This document shows positions 8,344 to 17,028 of a stretch of DNA of 64,000 nucleotides, piece after piece. A program made the position numbers and the translations under genes. The DNA lies in NCBI GenBank assembly GCA_964472075.1, contig CAYYIY010000001.1, positions 150,670-214,669 of the forward strand. The letters are read 5' to 3'. The notes below the pieces were generated by a model. That model was not told the origin of the DNA. It searched no databases and saw only the letters and a list, made by a program, of their open reading frames with translations. The first letter of the stretch is position 1. Each line of letters opens with the position of its first letter. The DNA comes from an uncultured bacterium. GTDB lineage: Bacteria; Muiribacteriota; Ozemobacteria; Ozemobacterales; Ozemobacteraceae.

Positions 8344-10113
8344 TCAACGAATGCGCAGATTGATCAGGGTGTAGTCGTCGAACGGTGGAACGCCGGTCAT
8401 GTGCGAGCTGAGAGCCCCCTGCAGGTATTCGACCACGGAAAATGCCTGCTCACGAGCTTTCGCAGAAAATGCTTCCATCAATCGTTTCTTGGTAAACGGC
8501 TTGTCAAAACGATCTCGGGCATCGATCACGCCGTCGGTATACATGAGAATCGAATCGCCCGGTTCGAGATCGACCGTTCCGAACGGGTATTCATCGAGGT
8601 CGTCATACATACCCAACGGCAGGCCGCCCTCACTGAGTTCGACGATTTCTCCCGTTTTCGAGCGCCACAACAGCATCGGCGGGTGTCCGGCCAGCGCGTA
8701 TTCGAGCTTGCGCCGATCGTGACTCAGCATCATGGCGCCCGCCGTGACATACTGAACCCCTTTCGAGAACCGGCAGATGCGGTGATGCGCGCACTTCATG
8801 AAGACGCTGAGATCAGAAGCCGACATCATGAGTTCGGCCATGTGAGTCGTCGACAGCACCATGGTCAGGGCGGCCGGAATCCCCTTTCCCGAAACGTCGC
8901 CGATAAAGAAGGCCAGACGCCCGTCATCGCGCTCGACCCAGTCGTAGAAGTCACCGCCGATCTCTTCCGCGGAACTGAGGTGCGCTCCGATCTCGACATC
9001 GGGAAGATTCGGCCGCCGATTCGGGAGATACTGAATCTGAATCTGTCGGGCAATGGCCATTTCTTCCTTGATCTGATCGCGCCGGCTGATCTCTTCGAGT
9101 AACTGCGTGTTCGCCAGCGCGACCCCCAGCTGATTGCCGAAGATCGTCATGATACGCATGTCGGTTTCGGCAAAGCCGCCCTGCCGACGTTTATCGGCGA
9201 CATTCAGAACGCCGTAGACCTCGTTCTTATGAATCAACGGCACGCAGATGAAACCGCCGGTGCGATAGCCTTCGCGTTTCAGTGAGCGAAAGCGTGGGTC
9301 GGCACTGATATCATTGATCAGCAACGGCTGCCGGTTGGCAATGACCCACTCCGACACCGGCGATGAAGACAGATAGGGCTGCTTCTCATACTCCTTGCCG
9401 ACGCCGACGGCCTCGAGAATGAACAGTTTTCCGGTGCGAATGTCGCGAATGATAATCGAGGCTCGACGCACCGAGAGAATCGCCGGCATACGTTTGAGAA
9501 TGAAGCGCGCCAGCGAGCCGAGATCCATGACGTTGTTCATGCCTCGCCACAGACGGTACAAGACTTTGATCTCGTGAAACCGCTGTTTCAGCTGACTATG
9601 CGATCTTTTCAACAGCTTTTCGTTCTTGCGCAGTCTGGCGAGCAGAAACGAGTTGCGCAGCGAGTAGGCCAGATAGTTGGTGAAGATCGTCAGCGACCGC
9701 AGATCGGTATCGGAAAACTCCCCGCCGTCCTCGCGATCGGTCAGACTGAGAACGCCGATGACCTTCTTCTGGTCGATGAGCGGCAGGCAGATGAAGGCCT
9801 TGGAAAGATAACTCTCACGCCGGCTCAGATGCCGAAAGCGTTCGTCCTCGTCGATGTTTCTGACGATCAGCGTCTCAGCGTGATCGGCCACCCAGTTGAT
9901 AATCGGCGCTTCGGCCGTATGACGAATGACGGTGGCATCCTGCGGCATGCCGATCGAAGCGGGAATATGAAACCCTTTACGATCGATCAGCACCAGACTG
10001 ACCCGCTTCACCCTGATGATGTGAGGTACTTCGCTGACAATCGCTTGTACCAGCTCCTGCGGATCATTGCTCGAACAGGCCAGCCGTCCCAGTTTTTCCA
10101 GAATGGTCATCAT
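8344..10113 (-). CDS. GAF-GAF-PP2C serine phosphatase (RsbU/SpoIIE family)
   Basis: Two GAF-like regions are followed by a PP2C domain with GGDFYD ... FFIGDVSGKGIPAALTM ... DGVIDA signature motifs. Confidence 0.8.
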   Translation of the reverse strand: MMTILEKLGRLACSSNDPQELVQAIVSEVPHIIRVKRVSLVLIDRKGFHIPASIGMPQDATVIRHTAEAPIINWVADHAETLIVRNIDEDERFRHLSRRESYLSKAFICLPLIDQKKVIGVLSLTDREDGGEFSDTDLRSLTIFTNYLAYSLRNSFLLARLRKNEKLLKRSHSQLKQRFHEIKVLYRLWRGMNNVMDLGSLARFILKRMPAILSVRRASIIIRDIRTGKLFILEAVGVGKEYEKQPYLSSSPVSEWVIANRQPLLINDISADPRFRSLKREGYRTGGFICVPLIHKNEVYGVLNVADKRRQGGFAETDMRIMTIFGNQLGVALANTQLLEEISRRDQIKEEMAIARQIQIQYLPNRRPNLPDVEIGAHLSSAEEIGGDFYDWVERDDGRLAFFIGDVSGKGIPAALTMVLSTTHMAELMMSASDLSVFMKCAHHRICRFSKGVQYVTAGAMMLSHDRRKLEYALAGHPPMLLWRSKTGEIVELSEGGLPLGMYDDLDEYPFGTVDLEPGDSILMYTDGVIDARDRFDKPFTKKRLMEAFSAKAREQAFSVVEYLQGALSSHMTGVPPFDDYTLINLRIR

Positions 10114-10114
10114 A

Positions 10115-12850
10115 TCAATTCAGCACCGCCAGCTTTCCTTGAGTTTTCCGAACATCGTCCCCACGTCTGATCGTCACTTTATAGATATAGACTCCGTTGG
10201 CCACCGTTTTACCACTTTCCGTGCGCAGATCCCAGCGGGCCGAAAAGGTCCGGTTCCCGGCATGATTGAGATCCAGCACCGCCAGTCGTTCTCCGGAAAC
10301 GTCATAGATGCGCGCCTCGACTTCCGTCCCCGGATCGTCCGAGCCGGCTCCTTCCAGAATCACAGCCAGCTGTGCAGAACCACGGCAAGGGTTCGGCCAG
10401 GCGATCGTCTGCGCCACCGTCAGCGGGCCGATCAGATTCTGCCGAATCACGGCTCGTTCACGATTATCCGCCCGATCGGCGACCTCAATGCAGAAGAGAT
10501 GTTCGCCGCGTGAAAGATGCGACACATCGGCGGCCACCACTCCGGTGTCCGCATCCAATTGAAACGGAATCGCCTGGCCGTCGGCCTCGACGCGCACCGA
10601 TTCAGGTTTTACTCCCGAACCTCCGTCGGTCAGTCTGGCCATGAGCACCGGCTGATCGTGCTTCTGTTCGACTCGCGGATCATGAATTCGGGGGGGCGAG
10701 CGGTCCGAGACGAGCATGTACAAGCCATCGCGACTCACGGCGCTGAACCAGCCGCGATCCGACCGACTGGCACGCAGCCATGGATTGTCCGAATCCTTTC
10801 GGTTCCAGATTCCGATCTGACCGTCGTTCTCAGCAGACGCATCAACGTTGAAGGTCAGCCGGGTCTCGATGACGTTGCCGCCGTTGAAGGTCAGCTCGTA
10901 CGGTCGTGACAGTATCTGCAGTTCGGTCGGCACATCGATCTCACTCATCTCAAAGAGTAACGCATGATCTTCGGCCGCCCGGGAACGCAATGCGACATCC
11001 GCTTCGCGCAGCTGCAGATGCGCGGTGACACCTTCCTTCAGCACGGAGGCATAGAAGGAAAAAGTACTGGTTTCAGTGCCGACGCGAACCGTCACCTGAC
11101 CGTCTCCCGAGCCGGGAATCGTGTAATTGCCGACAAAGACGCGTCGCGAGTCGTCGGCCGCCGACAGCTCGGCCGGTGCCTGAATGTTGCTGAAACGAAC
11201 CATGGCCTGCGGGGTGTCGGCAAGAGCCGTTTCCGATTTGACCACGATGATGAATTCTCTCGGAAACGCCGGATTCGGAATCGGAAACACGCGCATGGCC
11301 TGTCCGTCCGCGGCAAACGTATAGGCAAACGCCTGTGAAACATCAGCCTGTGTGGTAGCCACCGCGGGAATCAGCACCAGTCGCTGAAAATCGGTTAGAT
11401 CGACCTGCAGTCGGCCGACCCCGGTCTCGTCGAGCAACAGGTCCCGTGTCCAGGTCTCACCGTTCGCGCGCACGCCGGCGAGAAACGGGGTCATGGCCGG
11501 TTCTACCGCCCGAAACCCAAGGCTCAAAAGGCCATTGCCTGTTATCGACTCGTACTTTCCCGCGTTCGCGCGCGAGATTCCCTGACCGCCGAACGTGCTG
11601 CGTTGAGACGCCGAATAGACATGTGTCTTGCCGGTCAGCGGCAGACGATCGGCCTCGGGGCCGAGGCGGCGCACCTTGTCCTGATAGCCCCACAGATCGC
11701 GGTTCTGACCAAGCAGGTTGAAGTGATTCGCCGTCAGCCAGTCTTTCAGGACCCTCACAAAGTTCGTGCTCTTTTCGGCGAGCAGGGTATTCAAGCCATT
11801 GATGCCGACCGAGGCGTTGTCGACACAGGAGCGCAGAAAGGCGGCACGCTCGTCATCTGAAGCCCCACCGTATTTTTCCACCAGATAGTAGATGAAAAGA
11901 AACGAAGCGCCGTAATGACGAAACAGCGTGGCTTCCGAAAACCACTCCGTCTCCGAACTGTCGGTGAGCACGATTTCCGGTTGTTCGAGAAATCTCGAGA
12001 GATGCGGTGATGGCGGCACTCCAAACCCGCCGAGCGAAGCTGAATACAGATATTCCGCGTATCCGCTCAGCCCTTCGTCGATCCAGCGCTCTTCCTGATT
12101 GCGCGGCGACATGTGCCTCGAGAAATTCACCATGTGTTGAAACTCGTGGGCAAGCGTGCGGTAGAAATCGTTGTTCTTGTCGGCCGGATTGCCGGGAAAC
12201 CCCGGATTCACATCCATGAAGAATACGGGCATGCGATTGCCTTCATACAGGGGTTCAGGCTGCAGGTCGGCCGAGTCAAAGTATCCGGCAACATAGCCGC
12301 CGCTCATGCCATCGCGAATGTCCAGAAGTAAAATGTAGATTTTCTGGTCCGGAAGCTGAAAAGAAGCAGGGAGCTGTACGGTTCCGAACCAGCGCGACAC
12401 CATCGGGTAAATTTTCTCATCAAACGTCTTCTGCACCTGCTGAAACGTGTCGGCGGTCAAGGAACTGGAGCCACCTTCCGAATCGCGGGCCGCGAATACG
12501 TAACACGATGTTCCAATTGCTCGTAGAACCGCCCGTCTCACCTCATACTGACTTGTACCGAAGTTAAAGGCGAGAAAATCGATTTCCTTCGCATTCACAT
12601 CGGAACTCTGCAGCGGTGCTGTCAACCGTGCTCGCAGCGCGACCTCCCGGGCGAAAACCGGGTCGCGCGCCAGACGACCGGCAAACTGAGCCGTATTCTG
12701 CGGACGACGACTCCGCAGCAGAAAGGTGCCGTCGCTGATCATCGGACGTGCGCTTAATAGTCCGGCACTGGTCCCTTCAAGCCAGAGCAACAGCAGCGCC
12801 AGAAAAAAGAGCAACCGCTGAAAGGGCAAGACAGGCCGACCCGGGGTCAT
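10115..12850 (-). CDS. Secreted zinc metalloprotease (HExxH) with C-terminal T9SS-type sorting domain
   Basis: N-terminal signal/TM helix. HEFQHMVNF zincin motif. C-terminus ...NGVYIYKVTIRRGDDVRKTQGKLAVLN resembles the Por/T9SS C-terminal beta-sandwich tail. Length is 911 aa. Confidence 0.6.
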   Translation of the reverse strand: MTPGRPVLPFQRLLFFLALLLLWLEGTSAGLLSARPMISDGTFLLRSRRPQNTAQFAGRLARDPVFAREVALRARLTAPLQSSDVNAKEIDFLAFNFGTSQYEVRRAVLRAIGTSCYVFAARDSEGGSSSLTADTFQQVQKTFDEKIYPMVSRWFGTVQLPASFQLPDQKIYILLLDIRDGMSGGYVAGYFDSADLQPEPLYEGNRMPVFFMDVNPGFPGNPADKNNDFYRTLAHEFQHMVNFSRHMSPRNQEERWIDEGLSGYAEYLYSASLGGFGVPPSPHLSRFLEQPEIVLTDSSETEWFSEATLFRHYGASFLFIYYLVEKYGGASDDERAAFLRSCVDNASVGINGLNTLLAEKSTNFVRVLKDWLTANHFNLLGQNRDLWGYQDKVRRLGPEADRLPLTGKTHVYSASQRSTFGGQGISRANAGKYESITGNGLLSLGFRAVEPAMTPFLAGVRANGETWTRDLLLDETGVGRLQVDLTDFQRLVLIPAVATTQADVSQAFAYTFAADGQAMRVFPIPNPAFPREFIIVVKSETALADTPQAMVRFSNIQAPAELSAADDSRRVFVGNYTIPGSGDGQVTVRVGTETSTFSFYASVLKEGVTAHLQLREADVALRSRAAEDHALLFEMSEIDVPTELQILSRPYELTFNGGNVIETRLTFNVDASAENDGQIGIWNRKDSDNPWLRASRSDRGWFSAVSRDGLYMLVSDRSPPRIHDPRVEQKHDQPVLMARLTDGGSGVKPESVRVEADGQAIPFQLDADTGVVAADVSHLSRGEHLFCIEVADRADNRERAVIRQNLIGPLTVAQTIAWPNPCRGSAQLAVILEGAGSDDPGTEVEARIYDVSGERLAVLDLNHAGNRTFSARWDLRTESGKTVANGVYIYKVTIRRGDDVRKTQGKLAVLN

Positions 12851-12900
12851 GAACGGCTCCTGAAGCAGATGACGACAAACAACGAGACCGGCCCAGTATA

Positions 12901-14445
12901 CTACGTGCGGGCGGAATCCTCCACCTGCACCACCAGAGCCGTGATATCATCGCACTTCTCCCCCGACTTCAATTCCACCATTTCCTTGACCGTGCGGGTG
13001 AATTCCTCGGGTGACAAGTTCAAATGCGCGAGAAAAAATGCGGTCAATGCCTGATACCCATCAGACGCACCCGTGCAATCTTCGAAAAAGTCGGTCAACC
13101 CGTCGGTATAGAACAGAATGCGATCGCCCGGCTGCATCTCGATCGTTCGCGTTTGATACGTGCTTTCGCGAAACAACCCGAGAAGAGTACCAGTTGACTC
13201 AAGCGGAATAACGCTCTTTAAAGAGGCTTGATAATACAGAGGGAAGTCATGGCCCGCGTTTGCATAGGTGAACGTTCGTCGACCGGGGTTGAAAAAACCG
13301 ACAAACGCGCTGCTGTTGAAACGAGTTTCAGCACCAAGGTAGTCTTTGACCGTCAGATTGACCTCGTTCAGCAGCTGCGCCGGATCACTCACATGCGCAA
13401 TCTTCTCGCGAAAGAGACTGGTAACCACAGCCATGATCAGCGAAGCCGGAATCCCCTTGCCGCAGGCATCGCCGACCAGCAGGCCGAGCGTTTCATGCGA
13501 ACAGTGGCGACACGACTTGCTGGTGCAATCGCGGCGACTGTGCGAACAGGCGTCGAGGTAGCTGTAGTAATCGCCGCCGATAAAGCGGGCGGGGCGAAAG
13601 AACACCGAGATGGACAGCCCGGGCCAGGCCGGCGAAGACCAGGGAAGAACACCTTCCTGTACCAGTCGCGCCAGCTCGAGTTCCTTGTTCATGCGCGTAT
13701 CGCGCTGTTCCAGTTCATGTGCCTTCTCCCGTAGTTCCTGATGCAGGGTCAGGTTGTGCAGACTGATCCCGATCTGATCGATCAAGATCTGCAGCTGCAG
13801 CAGCACATCATCGGAGATCGGCGCTTCGAGATCGCTGTGAAACAGCAGCAATACCCCGATATCCTGACGGCGATGCTGAATCGGCAGACAGATCGTCTGA
13901 CTCCCGCCGGCCAGGCTCCGGATCGGTGAATCAGCGGACAAGGCCGGATCATCGGGCGGGATCAGAAGAATCTCGCCTCTCCGCAACAGCTGCCACATCA
14001 ACGACTCAGCGGGAACCGGTGACGGCAGAGCCGCGAGTTCCGCTTCCGGCACCCCGTAGCTGCGCACCGGCCGCATTTTTCCGTCTCGACGATCGATCAG
14101 CAGCAATACGGCTCGATCGAAGCCGACGATGCGAATGACCAGAGCCAGAATCGGATCAAACGGATTCTGCGTCTCCAGGGCGCGAATGTCATCAAGCGTC
14201 TGGGACAAATGGTGAAATTCGCGCAGGAAAAGCAGTTCCGCACGCGTACGCCAGAACTTGCGGGCGGTGACGAACAGAGCCGCCGACAGATAGACGCAGG
14301 CGAGATACCAGAGAAGTGAGCCGGGCCGGCCGCCGAGCACCACGCCCAGACACAACCCCCACACCAGGAAGAAGACGATCCAGCGCCAGTTGCCCAGCAC
14401 AAAAACGTTTCCCGTTCTTGGGCGAAGGGGTGAGAGAGTACGCAT
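12901..14445 (-). CDS. Membrane-anchored GAF-PP2C phosphatase with Cys/His-rich insertion
   Basis: Two N-terminal TM helices, a GAF-like region and PP2C motifs GGDYYSY ... VGDACGKGIPASL ... DGLTD. A 21-aa insert ACSHSRRDCTSKSCRHCSHET lies inside the catalytic core. Confidence 0.75.
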   Translation of the reverse strand: MRTLSPLRPRTGNVFVLGNWRWIVFFLVWGLCLGVVLGGRPGSLLWYLACVYLSAALFVTARKFWRTRAELLFLREFHHLSQTLDDIRALETQNPFDPILALVIRIVGFDRAVLLLIDRRDGKMRPVRSYGVPEAELAALPSPVPAESLMWQLLRRGEILLIPPDDPALSADSPIRSLAGGSQTICLPIQHRRQDIGVLLLFHSDLEAPISDDVLLQLQILIDQIGISLHNLTLHQELREKAHELEQRDTRMNKELELARLVQEGVLPWSSPAWPGLSISVFFRPARFIGGDYYSYLDACSHSRRDCTSKSCRHCSHETLGLLVGDACGKGIPASLIMAVVTSLFREKIAHVSDPAQLLNEVNLTVKDYLGAETRFNSSAFVGFFNPGRRTFTYANAGHDFPLYYQASLKSVIPLESTGTLLGLFRESTYQTRTIEMQPGDRILFYTDGLTDFFEDCTGASDGYQALTAFFLAHLNLSPEEFTRTVKEMVELKSGEKCDDITALVVQVEDSART

Positions 14446-14460
14446 GCGGCGGCGAGGCCC

Positions 14461-15078
14461 TCAGTCGAGGTCGACGGTCTGGTCGCCCCATTCCGTGAGC
14501 CGCAGGTAGAGCTTCTTTGGGCTTTTCGCGTCGATGACGAATCGACGATCCTTCTCGAGGTAGTTCTTGAGGCGCTGCCGAATCTTGAACAGCAGATCCT
14601 TCGTAAAGACGGTTTTGGTCTCGTTGCCGGCAATCAGCGGTGCCGATAATCGCTTCCAGATGTCCGAGAGACCCTGCGGTCTCGCACGCTTGCGAAGGTC
14701 CTGATAGATGCGTTCGATCATCGCCTCGAATAATTCGGCGCCGTTGAAAGCGAAGAAGAACGCCACCGGCGGAATAAACCCGAACTGCATCAGCACGTTA
14801 CGACCCTTCTGTACCAGCCGCTCTCCCTCGCCCTGCAGATGCACGACTTCGGAACGCATGATGCGCATCAGCATCATATCGAGATCTTTGCGCTGCAGCG
14901 TCTGAATCAACTCCCTGTCGGTCGGAAAAAACTTCTGCAGGGTGGAAAGAATCGTTTCGAGTCGCTCACCGCTGAGAAACTGGAGATTCCTCTGATAGGT
15001 CTCGGGGTTCTTGCGCTTCATTTCCCCGAGCACCTTCTCAAAGTTCAGAATAAACTCGAATTTTGAGGCGCTCGCCAT
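14461..15078 (-). CDS. Hypothetical protein, first gene of the PP2C/protease operon
   Basis: 205-aa ORF with no recognisable motifs. It has a 16-nt gap to the downstream PP2C gene, and an AT-rich promoter region lies upstream. Confidence 0.45.
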   Translation of the reverse strand: MASASKFEFILNFEKVLGEMKRKNPETYQRNLQFLSGERLETILSTLQKFFPTDRELIQTLQRKDLDMMLMRIMRSEVVHLQGEGERLVQKGRNVLMQFGFIPPVAFFFAFNGAELFEAMIERIYQDLRKRARPQGLSDIWKRLSAPLIAGNETKTVFTKDLLFKIRQRLKNYLEKDRRFVIDAKSPKKLYLRLTEWGDQTVDLD

Positions 15079-15160
15079 CTTTTGAACGATCCGTATAGAG
15101 ATAAATTTTTATTTATCCTAATGCGAAACCTTCGCCGATTCAAGCATTTTTCTCCCCGAG

Positions 15161-15189
15161 TTGATAAGAAATTCCGCCGGCGGTATGCT
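15161..15189 (+). promoter_or_regulatory. Sigma70-like promoter for the sigma-54 activator gene
   Basis: TTGATA, then a 17-nt spacer, then TATGCT, about 40 nt upstream of the ATG at 15229. It sits in the AT-rich divergent intergenic region 15079..15228. Confidence 0.35.
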
Positions 15190-15228
15190 GAACCACGTAA
15201 TTGCGATTCTTGCCACATCCGGACATCC

Positions 15229-16869
15229 ATGTATGGAGCGACATCAATGGGGGTGACATCTGCAACAATGCCGTCACGATTGCTGCTGCCCCACTTTCCC
15301 GAGCTGGTGATTCACCTGCAACCGCAGGGGCCGGTGGTGGAGCAGTTACCACCCTGGCTGGCCGATCTTCTCACCGGCCAGGAAACCGGTGAACCCAGCC
15401 AAGGGTTTCAAACGCTGGCCCAACGTCTGCCCGGCCTCTCGGAACTGGTTGAAAGCGCAGCTTCACAGGGGCAGCCGATCACCGGGTATCAAAGCGAGCT
15501 TACTGACGCCTCAGGCAATCTGCAACGACTGGTACTCGACGCGTATCCCCAGGTGCTGGCGGACGGTTCCCGCTCGGTGCGCGTCAGTGTACAGGCTTTT
15601 CCCGACCGGGTCGCGGTCGACCTTCCCGATGGCGGAGCATGGCACGGCATCGTGGGTCGCACGGCCCCCATGCGCAAGGTTTTCAACAAGATTCGCCTCT
15701 ACGGAGCCGTGACTGCCCCAGTGCTGGTGACCGGCGAAACCGGGTCCGGCAAGGAAGGCGTGGCTCAAGCGCTTCATCAGGTCAGTGCCCGGCGCTCCGG
15801 CCCGTTCGTCGCCGTCAATTGCAGTGCCATCTCGGAAAACCTCTTCGAAAGTGAACTGTTCGGGCACGAAAAGGGTTCATTCACCGGAGCCCTGCGAACG
15901 CACAAGGGGCGGTTCGAGCGAGCGCACGGCGGCACACTGTTCCTCGATGAGATCGGCGACATTCCCACCGCGTTTCAGGCCAAGCTGTTACGGGTTCTCG
16001 AGACCGGCACCCTCGACCGCGTGGGCGGCGAGCATCCAGTTCAGGTCGACGTTCGCGTGGTTGCCGCCACCAACCGGCCGCTCGAGGAAGATGCCCGCCT
16101 GAACCGTTTCCGTGCCGACTTGTACTATCGCATCAGCGCGCTGCAGATTCACCTGCCGCCATTGCGAGAGCGCGTCGAGGATATTCCCGATCTTGTTCAT
16201 CATTTCATCAGACAGCTGAACGAAAAGTACCAGCGCCGCATTGCGGCGCTTACGCCCGAAGCGCTGCACCTGCTGCAACAGTACTGGTGGCCGGGGAATG
16301 TGCGCGAACTGCGCAATCTGATGGAGCGACTGTTTGCCGAGAATCAAAGCGATGTCATCGGTCTGCGATCGCTGAAAGACTGGTATGAAGAGCGAGTGCA
16401 GGCGGTGCGCAACGGTGTGGCCTACGATCCGCGCGTCACGGCGCTGCCCTGGCAGCAGCCTATTCCTTTGGGCATGGAGATCCAGCAGGCCACGACCCCC
16501 GCCGGAACTCTCAACAGCCGAAACGGTGACGCACCGGCCAACGGCCGGAACTCATCAGGAGTTCGTACAAATACAAACAGTCGTGACTCAGCTCGAGAAA
16601 CGGTTTTGATGCCTGGAGAAGAAAACTGGGCCAGCGATCGCGCCCGGCCGATCAATGTCGTTCGTTCGTCTGACAGCGGCGCCGGCGGTTCTCGGTTGCC
16701 GCCGATGTCACCCGCGTCAAAGACGGCTGATCTGACGGTAGATCAGGTCAAGCAGGCAATCACCGCGGCTCGCGGCAACATGACGCAGGCCGCTCGGACT
16801 CTCGGCATTCACAAGGCGACTCTGTATCGCTTTCTGAAAGCTCACAACCTCACCCGCGACTCGCTTTAA
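15229..16869 (+). CDS. Sigma-54-dependent transcriptional activator (unknown N-terminal sensor, AAA+ core, Fis-type HTH)
   Basis: VLVTGETGSGKEGVAQALH, GSFTGA (GAFTGA variant), GGTLFLDEIGD, and a C-terminal HTH QAARTLGIHKATLYRFLK. There is no receiver domain. The internal ATG was chosen because nt 15082-15228 are AT-rich and non-coding in character. Confidence 0.8.
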   Translation: MYGATSMGVTSATMPSRLLLPHFPELVIHLQPQGPVVEQLPPWLADLLTGQETGEPSQGFQTLAQRLPGLSELVESAASQGQPITGYQSELTDASGNLQRLVLDAYPQVLADGSRSVRVSVQAFPDRVAVDLPDGGAWHGIVGRTAPMRKVFNKIRLYGAVTAPVLVTGETGSGKEGVAQALHQVSARRSGPFVAVNCSAISENLFESELFGHEKGSFTGALRTHKGRFERAHGGTLFLDEIGDIPTAFQAKLLRVLETGTLDRVGGEHPVQVDVRVVAATNRPLEEDARLNRFRADLYYRISALQIHLPPLRERVEDIPDLVHHFIRQLNEKYQRRIAALTPEALHLLQQYWWPGNVRELRNLMERLFAENQSDVIGLRSLKDWYEERVQAVRNGVAYDPRVTALPWQQPIPLGMEIQQATTPAGTLNSRNGDAPANGRNSSGVRTNTNSRDSARETVLMPGEENWASDRARPINVVRSSDSGAGGSRLPPMSPASKTADLTVDQVKQAITAARGNMTQAARTLGIHKATLYRFLKAHNLTRDSL

Positions 16870-17028
16870 CAGACACTGCCGCGCTTTAACCGATGCTCTC
16901 GTCGGCGGTATTCCCGTCACTTCTTCAGCCGTTCGTCAGCGACAGTCCGGTGAATGTGGAGTTGGAAAAAGAAACTCCTACCCGCAAACGATCATCAGCA
17001 ATCGATGCTCGAACAAAACGAAGATGAC

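Noticed and set aside
15201-15220. Possible sigma-54 promoter (GTGGCAAGAATCGCAAT on the minus strand) next to the sigma-54 activator gene
   Set aside because: The GG-to-GC spacing is 8 nt rather than the required 10.
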